Shown here piece by piece: positions 52,239-64,000 of a DNA stretch of 64,000 bases. Where the stretch lies: the NCBI RefSeq assembly GCF_009914755.1, contig NC_060945.1, one strand, 5' to 3'. This stretch comes from the human T2T-CHM13v2.0 reference genome, Homo sapiens. A model generated the notes under the pieces. That model was not told the origin of the DNA. It worked only from the letters and a program-made list of their open reading frames with translations, and ran no database searches. The position numbers were made by a program, and so were the translations under genes. Position 1 is the stretch's first letter. Each line of letters opens with the position of its first letter.

Positions 52239-54021
52239 ACTTGATTGCCAGGAGAATGTTTTTTCTTAATCCGTTATAAAATTTGGAGTCACTAAAGCAT
52301 GTTTAAACAAAATGATATATGATCAGAATTTTTAAGTGATTAGAAATAGTTGGATGCATTGTTTAAGTAGAGGTTAATATTTTATTTATTTCCTTAATAC
52401 ATCTGTCATTAGTTTCTTTTGAGAATAGGATCAATGAAGAGGTTGCTGGTATGAGATTATTATAAAGGAACTCTAGATCAGGAAAGTGAAGAAGAAAGTA
52501 TTTCTGGACTATCGCCACTTCTAAACTTTCATGTACTATGATGTATTTATACCATAGAATAAATAACAGCACATTTTGGTGCTCCGTAAATGGGTCCATA
52601 TCTCTGTACTTCATAAACTGGTTCATATCTTCATGTTGTAAAAAACCCAATGGCATACTTTCTGAAATAGTTCACCCAAGGGGAAAATAATAGTAATAAC
52701 GGAAGCAATTGGGTAGAGAACAGGATTTAGGACTTCAAACATATTTAAAGCTCAAATAAATTTATTCATTTTTAGCCTATTTTTGGCTTTAATACATTAT
52801 ATTAAACATTAAATTTAATATTCAGATAAATATATTCTGACCCTAAGGATTTTAATATAAAATGCAGTCCATGTAAATAAATAAAATCTTGCAATTTTTA
52901 TTTATATGTAGTTCTAAAGCTTATTGTTTTACAGCTTCTTTTACTTCCTGTATTGTAGGTTATAGACAGCTAGTTGATCATTTTGTAGCTTTTACTTTCT
53001 TATGGAAAGCAGGATTTTCTGTATATTGCATTGTGAACCCAGAATGTGCTAGTTTATTAATGGAAAGTACAACTTCCAAGTCTCCATTTATTCAAACACT
53101 AAAATTTGAAATAGCAGAGTAATTTTTTAAACATGTAGTCAACAGAATCAGATGCTACCTTTTGGAAAGGGCTGGGTGTGTATGTATCTGTGCATAAATT
53201 GACTATGAGCTTGCTTTCAAGTTAACTTTATCATTTAACATTTACTGAAAATACTAGTAATGAAATAAACATAATTTTGAATAAAGAAACATTGAAATTT
53301 TCTACAGTCAAGAACAAACATGTTCAGATGACTGTTGTTTAATGGGCCCAGGGGCAGCTTATACACATGACTTGGTGCACTCTGGTGCTTGCCAATAGAA
53401 GGTGACCTACAGTCACTTGCTAGTCATCAAAAGAGAGTTTGCTTAGACCTGGATATAGCTGAACACAGTGTGGTCTGGTTTTGAAATAAAGAGGAAGAGC
53501 CCTACCTAATTGTATATTTTTTATGACATAAACATAGGAATAAACTTGAATTAGAGAAAAAATATCACAGGCAGCAAACAGAGCTACTAGGACAAGGATT
53601 GGAAAAATGCCAGAGCACTATATGGAGATGTTGATTGAATTCATGTGAAGCCCCTCTTACTTGCTAAAGGGTCAGTTACTGAACATCCCTCCAGGTAAAG
53701 AAAAGCCAAAAGCCGAGCCAGCTTGTTGTCATCCAATTTGGCAAGAACACCCTGGGTCAGTCACAAGCCAGTCAGTAACTCATGCTCAGGTTCATCTGTT
53801 TTTAGTGATATAGTGTCTCACCTAGAAATTTGAAAAAAATGGTGTTTTAAAAGTTATGAGACAAGAAGTAGTATACCAATAACTTTTCTTAATATTAAGC
53901 AAACCCATTAAAATTAAATAAACAAAATAAATGTTGTGCATACTCATAAGAAAAATAGCAACTCTTTGTTGAGTGCTAACCAAGCATGCCATTTTAGTTT
54001 CTTTACAGTTATTATTATTAT

Positions 54022-54150
54022 AGCTCAACAACAAACCTCAGAATTATGTTCCACTGTTACCCTTAATTTAGATGATGAAACAGAGGTATATAGAGTATGT
54101 AGCTCATCCAAAAGCACACTCTACTTAGTGACAGAGTATTCAGACTCTAG
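54022..54150 (-). mobile_element. MIR fragment
   Basis: CACAAC-type start and TTTAGATGATGAAACAGAGG...CTCATCCAAAAGCACAC...TAGTGACAGAG core. Confidence 0.65.
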
Positions 54151-54647
54151 CTACTTAATAGCATCTTTCTTTGATAATTTTATGAGTTTATCCATGTAGA
54201 TGGTGTTTAGCAAGACAAAAACTACTACACTTCAACATTACATGCAATTATCTAGAATCTCAGTTCTTCAAACAAGGGTGACTTTTGTTGTGAAGTCTGG
54301 TAGACTCTCATGACTCGTCTTTACACTTTTGGTAACTTCCTTTGATTAGCTGATCCAGAAAATTCTAGTCCAATTCCTTATGAATAATAATGAAAGAGCG
54401 TATCCCCTACTGATTACAAAGGTACTATAAGAAAAAATAAAGACAAAACAATACTCATCAGAAAATTGCTATCCTATATATTAAATAATTCAAATCCTAA
54501 ATTCAAGCATTCAGGAAAGATAATGGCAAGCCATTAGAGAAATTAAATAGAAGATTCTAGAACCCAATAAGGAAAGCAAGTTATTTAAACTACTGAAATT
54601 TTCAGGTTTGTTACTGTAGTATACTCTAGTTGATTATGACAGATCCA

Positions 54648-55010
54648 AAGATTAAAAACAAAATATTAACTATTAGAGACATGAGATGGAGATTCAGCAT
54701 GCATGTATCACAGAAGGAGAAAACAAACACAGTACTGTTAGAGAAAAAATATTTAAAATGTTTCAGGAAAATATTCTGAAATGAGAAATAAGAAAATGAG
54801 GATTGGGTTAAAGATCAAAATAGCCTTGAAAATTTCATCATATCGACATATTCTCGTCGACAAGAACATTCCAAGAATATGCAATTCTTAAATCACTTTT
54901 TGATCACTTAAAAAAGTGATAATCTTTTGAAAGACTAGAAAAACAAAATAAAACTTAAGCCACATATAAAGATAAAAAATTCAACTAGTTTTCGATAAAA
55001 TATTTTAAAT
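54648..55010 (+). mobile_element. Ancient HAL1/L1M ORF1-like fragment
   Basis: CAGAAGGAGAAAAC...AAAAAATATTTAAAATGTTTCAGGAAAATATTCTGAAATG, GACATATTCT. Confidence 0.35.
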
Positions 55011-55560
55011 GAGATATTCACATTACGTGATTTCTTAATTATCTTTCCACTCTAAAAATACCATCATTCTGTATACATAGGCCATAACCAATAAAAATAA
55101 TGTCTGCCGTTACTGATATATGCTCTGCCTGAAAATTGTTAAATGGTCTTGGCCTATCAACACATCACTCACAAGGAACACTTAAAAATAAATTTTCATT
55201 CTCTTCAGAAGACAAACACAAATCCTGATAAGAGACTCTCACAAAATCAGTCTCAGCCTCCTAGAAACATCTGATTTTGATATTCTTCCTGGGTGGGAAA
55301 TGACACAGGCAGATTTGTGTTTCATCAGCTTAGAGATAATTGGTCAAATTGCAAGGCCGACTTTATCACTAATGGAATGAGGGGAAAAAGAAAAGCCTCA
55401 AAGACAGGACATTAGGAAACATCTAAAGTGAAAAAGAGGGGAAAAAGAAGTCAGTAACGGGCAGAAAAAGACATCAGAAAGTAGGAACATAAAAAAGACA
55501 ACCAAGAATAAATGATAGTCAATACAGTCCTGTACTGCAATGAACGTTAAGAAAGTTGAA

Positions 55561-55871
55561 GGCTGCCAGGCGCAGTGGCTCACCCTTGTAATCCCAGCAC
55601 TTTGAGAGTCCGAGGCAGGTGGATCAATTGAGGTCAGGAGTTCGAGACCTAGTCTGGCCAACATGGTGAACCCCATCTCTACTAAAAATACAAAAAAAAA
55701 AAAAAAAATTAGCCAGGTGTGGTGGTGCGTGCCCATAATCCCAGCTACTTGGAGGCTGAGGCAGGAGAATTGCTTGAACCCAGGAGGCAGAGGTTGCAGT
55801 GAGCCGAGATTGCACCACTGCACTCAGGCCTGGGTGACAGAGTAAGATTCAGTCTCAAAAAAAAAGAAAAA
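55561..55871 (+). mobile_element. AluSx-like
   Basis: Full dimer; TSD AAGAAAGTTGAA/AAAAAAGTTGAA. Confidence 0.95.
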
Positions 55872-58052
55872 AAAAAAGTTGAAGGCCAAGTGTATGTGCT
55901 TGATTGTTTTCAATTTCATTTAAATAATTTATTATATATTGCTAGGGATTGAATGCTCCCAAAGAGCACAGTCAACGGAACTAAGAGCAGAAAAACAGGG
56001 GACATGAGAAACAATGGACAGAAGAGAATTCCAAAGCTTCTAATGTTGTTATTTTCCTTTCTGTTACAAAATGCCCCCAGGCTAGTATGATTTCCAAACT
56101 ATATTACTACTGTTAACATGATATAATTTTTCAAGTAAAATAATGGAAATATATTAGTTTCCATCTGATTCTAAGAATGCATTGCACTCTCACAATTTGA
56201 TAAGGTATTTGAGGAACTCATTTCTGCTCTCAAAAAAAATTCTAAAAATAATGCATAGATAAAATTAGGTGTGTTATATATTGAGATCACTATAAAACAC
56301 TTTTCTTATTGACATTGCTTCATACATGACAGATGTTTTGACAACCACACTTATTATCTCTGTGTGTATTCCTCTCTGCCCTTCCCCTTGCTAACATCTA
56401 CTGACAAACAGTGATCAGTGTTAGCAAACAGCTTCTCTGGAACTGAGCATCTATCCAGCAAGCCTCCTGCCATCTACAGGCAAAATAAAAATTCCTCATT
56501 GCAAAGGTGAAGAATTAAACATTGGTAAGTCTGTTCTGTTGTTCTTACTGAAATTGAAGGGACAGTAATTTAAACTGTAATGATATTTTGCCAGAACAAA
56601 CTAAGGCCTCATGTACGTGAAAATTAATGGTAAAATACAATCTTCTCTGCTTGCTTGCTAGCAAAGCAAAGCACTGACGTTATTGTGGGGAAAAACTTGC
56701 CCTTTGAATTTTTATCATTGTCATGTCACATTTATTAAACACTGATATAATTTTATTGAGCTAGGTCTTCTCCAAGCAAGTTTTACAAGCCCTGACATTT
56801 AAGAGCTAGGATTTTAAATCAGCCAATGTTGATAAAGTTGATTGTAAAATGTTGGTACTTATAAAAGAGAAATTAAAATAAAAATTGATGAGGGAAAGGA
56901 AGTGATACTGAGGGAAGAATAGAAAAAAAAAATAAACCCAGATGTTTTAGCTCTAGGAGAGATAAAGCTGAGTTAAAACCAGAACTTTGAGTCCAAAAAT
57001 TACCTAACCCTGGAAGTGTGCCCTTATTTGCTAGGTAATAAAAACAATTTAAAAATAGTAAGAAAAGATTATGAATCCAGGTCAGAATGAAGCAAGGGAT
57101 GCAAGCCACAGCCATGATCTGATATCAGGTTATGTTGTGAAGAAGTTAAATTTTATAACTATTTGTATGTGGGAATGAGGTTGGAGAAACTCCCAAGACT
57201 TATCTGGAATTGTTCTTTGATCATCAGTGTTCAGCGATAAGTATTTTAATTAAAATTTCAATAGATTTTTCTTTGATGAGTATCCAAGCTATTCTCTCAG
57301 CAGATAATCTCCCTGAATAATGTGATGGAACAGAAAACAAATGAAAATCTAAAATCAACATAGGCTGTACTACGAATGCACCTAAAGTTACATCCATTGT
57401 AGGAATCATGTGTACTTTCACATACTGAATTTTTTACAGAAATTAAGAGGAAAGCAATTAGACACTAACAACTAAGATCTGATGAGTCAAGGAGGAAGTG
57501 TATACAGTACACACATTCTTTTTTCTTTCTCACACAATGGGTTCCATTCCCACTACTACTCCATTCAAATTGAAGTGCCTTCAATGATTATTAAAAAACT
57601 CTCTTTAAAATAGCTCATGTAACCTTACATCCTTTGACTGAGGCTCAACTCATGTCAATGCTTCAGTATCAACTTTTCCTGCCACTTGCAACATATTTTG
57701 TATGTCTGTATACACACATACATACATACATATATTTAGGTGTACATGGTGTAATGAATGTTCTGTCAACCATGTGGAAATAAGAAAAGGACGTCAGTTT
57801 GTAACAGTTTTCTGTAAAAACAAAGTATTTGGAAGATATTTCACTTACGTTAAATAAAGTATTCTCGGTTTTAGGACCATTTTCAAATAGCTTCTTTCCT
57901 ATAAGATGTAGGTATTAAAGATTAAAGGGGTTATGAAATAGGATTATTCTTACTTGAAGAAGGCTGGCTAAATGTTCTAGGAAAACTTCGGAGGCATTAT
58001 TTAAATGAAGCCACTAGTGTCCACCAGTTAAGTTTTCAGTTTCCAAGCTAGG

Positions 58053-58366
58053 TTATTATTATTTATTTTTTTTGAGACAGAGTCTCCCTCTGTCACCCAG
58101 ACTGGAGTGCAGTGCCCTGATCTTGGCTCACTGCCAAGACTGGGTTCAAGTGGGTTCAACTGGGTTCAAGTGGTTCTCCTGCCTCAGCCTCCTGAGTAGC
58201 TGTGAATACAGGCACATGCCACCATGCCAGGCAAATTTTTGTATTTTTAGTAGAGACGGAGTTTCACCATGTTGGCCAGGCTAGTCTCAAACTCCTGACC
58301 TTGTGATCAGCCCACCTCGGCCTCCCAGAGTTCTGGGATTACAGGTGTGAGCCTCCATGCCCAGCC
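58053..58366 (-). mobile_element. AluS with an internal rearrangement
   Basis: Antisense dimer; three TGGGTTCAA(G/C) units at 58141-58170. Confidence 0.93.
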
Positions 58367-60765
58367 ACAGGGCGTTATTCTTATAGGAACTGACACATAT
58401 TACCAACATTCACAAAGACTGATTAAAATGCCATAATTTAAATTTTACCTTGTAAATATCAATGCAAATGTCATGATATATGCATCTTTAATTATAGCAT
58501 TTTTTTGCCACTCTAAGATATCTATCTTGAAAGTTAAGTTTTAATCAATAAGTTGTTGGTAAGTATGAACTCAGAGGGGAGGACTTTTTTATTTTACATA
58601 TCTCAATGGCAACCAGCTAACTACATACAGAATACCTGCACCTTTACAGTAAGAATATATACCTACTGAGTATCTCCTCTTTTAAAATCTACTGGAGAGG
58701 GCATTTTTCTTTTGGATATGTATAAATGTGAAATGAGTAATTTTCCTTCTAATACCTCTCTGCCTTTTACTTTCATGCTGATTATATCTCTTCTTGAAGT
58801 TGTCTATTGTAAATTGTTAGATAGAGCCTACTTTCAGGCCAATTGCCTTTTTGCAAATTACCCTTAGTGTATCTATTATTAGGTAAATATTTTATTTTGG
58901 CAAACTTACTGCAGATGTTAACTCTTTTATGCTATTAAGATAAAGTCTGAATCAGAAGAGGCAGCAGGGTCCTCCATAATTGTTTCTGAGTTCAATCTCA
59001 TTAAAATAAACCATTTATTAAAGAATTCTCTGAGCTGGAAGACTTACAAGACAGAATCTTATCCCCTTTGTCATATCTTGTTTTTTAATTTCATCTATAA
59101 ACTCCACAAGGCTAATGTATTTAAGCTTTCTCCATGAGCAAACTCTTCAAATAAAGCCTCTCAATTGGCACCTGTTGATATGGCAGGAAATGCAATTTTC
59201 TTTCTTTTTCACTGTAACCTTTTATAAGGAGGGGTATGTACGTGGCTAGGACTTTTCCACTGGAAGATGTTAATAGACAATCCCTCTGAATTTGATCCAT
59301 CTTTACCCACACCAGACCGTTTAAGTCTGACACATAGTTGTAATAGTATTAATTTACTATATTTTTAATGTAAAAGAGAGTATACATAAAGACTGAACCT
59401 TAAAGGACATACTCTAACAGTAGAGTTAACAAAGTCATTATAAAAATCAAACAGTGGGTGAGAAAAATTGTCAGGACTGGGCTTCTTATTGCTGAGTGAA
59501 AGATAGCAAGTTATCAAAGGTGACCCACCATGTGTGACACAGTCTGACAAGAAGAAAGGTCATTTTATGCTGATTATGACTTTTCTATCTGATCTTATGA
59601 GACTTCTACTTCTCTTCCTTAAATAGATGGAGAGTGATAGTGAAGAGATGAAAAAGAGAGATACTTTAGTTCTCTTTGGGAACCTTGGAACTGAAGAAGG
59701 AATGCAGCGTACTGTTTTCTGAAATCTGATACTAGAAAAGACCTAGAGCGATTTGGTAATGATGGGATTTAGTATGTTCTTGAATTCCCTAACTTATATA
59801 TTGGTAAGCATGCTATATTCTGTTTTTAAAATTTTATGCTTTCAACCACATTATCTATACTTTTATGTTTGCACAAGGCAATCAGAAAGATATAAATAAA
59901 ATGTAAAATGATGTGGCTTTTTTAAGAGAAAGCAAAAAAAAGAGAGATTTCCAATAATAAAAAGATGATAAAGTCAAAATATATTTAGTGCATAAGACAA
60001 AGAGGTACACTTAACTCTACTAAATTTGGGGAAATAAACTAATATATTTAAACTGTTTAAAATGGTTTTGCAGGGCTGAAATTTATTTCTAGATTATTTT
60101 AAGTAGATTTCCAGATACTTTTTAAATTTAAAAAAATCAGATTCAGATGACAGATTATAGTTCAAATATCTATGAAGAAAACTACATTTGTAGGAATGAT
60201 TATCATGGATGTTTAGAATAACCAGGTCAAAATTTATTATAAAATAAATGTATGTTTTTACATAACTAAAATTTAATGATATTTATTTTGCTGTAAATGT
60301 AATTTAAATTTACTTACTAAAACATCACATAATTTTTTAAAGTATTTATTTTTTACCATTTTCATAGAGGGTAAGATTTTTTTAACAGATGTCTATAAAT
60401 ACAGATAGAAATCTTTGTATTTTCAAATTTCAGAGTGAAAGGGAGTTCACATTTCTTTTTATTTAAGAGAAAAATTGTGAGTAGTATCTAATCAGGTATG
60501 CAATAGTGGAAATATGCCTATAAAGCTCACGTAGTTAATCATTCATTCAATTATTCTCTCTGATTTCATGTGCTCTTATATATACAACATTTTACAAAGC
60601 TTGTGGCAGATTAAATAACTTTAAAGATTAAGTATGTTTTATATAAGGTTATCCATCATTCAGAGTACATGTGAAAAAGCTTTTGAAAAAAAAAAAAACC
60701 TCAACTACATTAGGCATATTTCACTGACTGATAGCTTTACAGTTAAGATTTGTCAGCATTCCTTT

Positions 60766-61115
60766 TGTAAATTAAATTAAATTTGATCAAAAGCTCACTC
60801 CTCACGTAGCAAACTGTAACCTAACTTGAGGGTATATTTTTATGAAAGTAAGAAAATCTTGGCCAATTACAGTAGCTGAGCTTTCAGCCAGTCACAGACC
60901 GCCAACTGCCTAGACATGTCCAAATAAGGAAAACACAAGGTGTAACCAATCAGGCTAATTTGTGTGTCACTTCTATTTTCTGTCTATAAATATTGCTGGC
61001 CCAGGTTGCTTGGTGGACCTCATTGAACATTTACTGGTTATAAGTGCTGCCCAATTCATACATGTTTCCTTTGCTCAAATAAACTGCTAAGTTTAATTTG
61101 TCAAAAGTTTTTAGT
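60766..61115 (+). mobile_element. MER57-like solo LTR
   Basis: AAATTAAATTTG start, AACTGTAACCTAACTT, CCAAT boxes (TAACCAATCAGGCT), CTATAAAT, TTTGCTCAAATAAACT. Confidence 0.75.
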
Positions 61116-61184
61116 ACTGTGAAGCTTTTGTTTTACGCTTGTTAATGTTTTATTTCATATTTTTCTCTTGTCATGTTTTATTTT

Positions 61185-61632
61185 ATAATTTATTTTTATT
61201 ATAGTGAAAAAACACATAAAATGAGATCTGATCCCTTAACAAATGTTTAAGTATACTGTACACCATGAGCACATGTGGTGTAGCAGATTTCGAGAACTTT
61301 CATGTGTGTAACAGAAACTTTATACCCACAAACCGCAACACCCCCAATTCTCTCTCCCCAACCCCTGGCAAACACGATTCTACTTTATGCTTGTATGAGT
61401 TTGTCCATTTTACATACTTCAGTAAAGTGGAATTGTGTAGTAGTTTTTATTCTGCAATTTGGTTATTTCACTTAGAATGACATCTGTAAAACTAACTGAT
61501 GTTTTCACATATGAAAATATTTCTTTTTTAAGATGGAAAAATATTCTATAATATGTATTTATATTTTCTTTATCCATTTATCAGTTGATTGACATTTGGG
61601 TTGCTTCCACATCTTCATTATTGTGAATAATA
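61185..61632 (-). mobile_element. L1MA (MA8-10-like) 3' end
   Basis: AAAACACATAAAATGAGATCT..CTTAACAAATGTTTAAG, CCCCTGGCAAAC, GGTTGCTTCCACATCTT..TATTGTGAATAAT. Confidence 0.8.
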
Positions 61633-63347
61633 AATTTTTTTAAAAAAATTATCTATTTCTGAAGTATTAGGACTAAAGTGAGGTTATATCATGGAGATAC
61701 ATTATGGTAAATGGGGACCACATCAGTGGCTAAGGTAAAACAGTACAGTCAGGAAGTCACACATAGAGCTGGGCATTTTTTTTTCAGTACGCATACTTTT
61801 GTCATGGAAGATTACACTACATTGTGATTCTCATCTGGGGATTATTGTTAAGAAGTGGGGCATTTCACAGGGAAAGCAGAAATAATTCAGTATCAAAGTA
61901 AGTTTTGGATTTCACTGCAAATAATAACATAAAATTGAAATAAAATTATTGGCCAACAGGAAATCTATTTCTTAGGATTGCTCCATTCTTAATCATCACC
62001 TCTTTATTTCATCGCTTTCTCAGTTCTAACGTGCTTTTTGTTATGTATATATATTTAATTTACCCATTCATCATTTTCTTTTCTGGGCTTGAAATTGTTA
62101 AACAGGAACTCAAAAATATTTGATGTGACCTATATCAACTGATAGTTAACACTGGGTTATATACATTTTCTCTTGAAATACAACTGAATAAAGAAAATTC
62201 CACAACACATATGAAGAAGTATTGAGGTTCTAAAGAAGAAAATCATTCTGTGGATCTTGAAAAAGTGAACAAATTAAAAGCATTATTACACAATTAATTA
62301 TCTGCCAATAATAACAGAACATATAGAATATTTCTATGTAAACAATATGACGAAGGAAAAGGAAAATATATAAATGGTATGATGAACATTGGATCTCTAA
62401 ATTTGTATAAGAGAAATAAGAAGAAGCAGTATGAAGTTATAAAAGATTTCAAATAGAAAAAATCGTATGAGTCTTGTAAAATTAATGATGGTAACAGTGA
62501 AAGCACATTAGATAGAGAAGGAAATAAATTCCATTTAGTACAATTTCCACAAATTTCCTGAGAATGTAAATATAAATAAGTGAAATAAAATATGAATAGT
62601 GGTTGATTGTTACTGAAGGAACAACATATGTATTTAATATACATCATCTCTATACTACATGACTGAAAGTTGTGAATGGAAATGTCTAATGCTAGAATGT
62701 CTCCTAGAGGTTCAAGTGTCAGAATTTGGTTAGATCTTTACTGAACAGTCCACTGTCCTCGTATCTATGTATATTCTGGTTAACCTGGAAAGTGGCAATA
62801 ATTGGTTTATTTCATTCACATATGCTGAAAGAAAGGGTTATCCTATTGATGTTAACACCAACTAATCTACAAAGAAAGAGAACAAGATAAACAAGAACAA
62901 AATTCAAACTCCTCAAATAAATACTTACTAAATGTTATTACAAATAATTGACTATACATTTAGGGAAAAATTTTTACTATGATTTGCTTAATTTTTTGTC
63001 CCTTTTGTTTGACATTTATATTATGTACTTTTGAGTAAATTATATGAGTAATTGTTATTCTTATATTTTTAATGAAAAGTCAAATTATAGTTTTCAAACT
63101 ATATCAGACATAAATATGTTGAATTTTCATAAATCCATTATTTTTTAAGACATGGACATTTACATTTATTTCTATAGAAATATTTTTCCTTTTTTAGTAT
63201 GTGATTCAACTGTCACTTAACCTCTCTGTCTCCTAGGGACTCCCACTGCTTTGCTGGTTGCTTTACTTCTCAGCCTCCATAACATCATGGACACATGTCA
63301 TTTTTATCTACCATATATTTATTAATAAGTTATCTACTTATGTCTAA

Positions 63348-63564
<217 letters not shown>

Positions 63565-64000
63565 TGATCCATCACAGTACATCTAGTGACTGTTAAAAAT
63601 TTGTTTAATGAGTAGGTGTTATCTTCAGAGTGAGGATGAAGGGAAGTATTTAGTTTAAAGCGACTTTTACATCAAAACATTTCAATTACAGCTATAATAA
63701 TTACAAATTGCGAAATCTTAGGGAAAATACATTATGTTTTTCCTCACTTGCAGACTCTGATAATTATGTTTTCTATGGTATGCTCTTTTGGATGTTTACT
63801 TTCTTCGCTGTACTAAATATTCGGGGAAGAAAAATCTTTGTTTATTCCCAAGTGTTAATCTTTTGGGGGCTACCCGATTGTGTTACTTCCATTTCCCTTG
63901 CAAGAGATTGACTTAGAATGGAACATGAGATCTCCTCCTGGCAATTAAGGTGCTGGTGGAAATCTGTGAAGAAGGAACTCTGATTTCTATGAACATTTTC

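Overview
AT-rich, gene-poor primate (very probably human) genomic DNA, dominated by interspersed repeats. There is no intact protein-coding gene, RNA gene or CRISPR array. The only gene-derived sequence is a 5'-truncated processed pseudogene of MSANTD2 (~5308-7642, +). From memory this would be MSANTD2P1 in the chr21q21 gene desert, which I have not verified. It sits inside an old L1M, is interrupted by an AluS, and carries a 136-bp stop-containing CR1/L3-like segment at a putative parent exon junction. The rest comprises Alus, L1 fragments (including a young L1PA2 3' end), MaLR LTRs (MLT1/MST/THE1), ERV1 MER4-group elements (a two-LTR MER4A-type provirus at 43159-50367 and a truncated one at ~9455-15564), a MER11 solo LTR, DNA-transposon fossils and simple repeats. 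Repeat subfamily names come from my recall of consensus sequences and need RepeatMasker/Dfam confirmation; identities were counted by eye. I see no evidence of a new multi-gene system. The most unusual signals are the retrocopied putative poison exon, a 169-bp ~92% identical inverted repeat extending beyond its transposon ends (41453-41976), a ~186-bp locally templated duplication (32219-32403 to 35427-35613), and several small template-switch scars.
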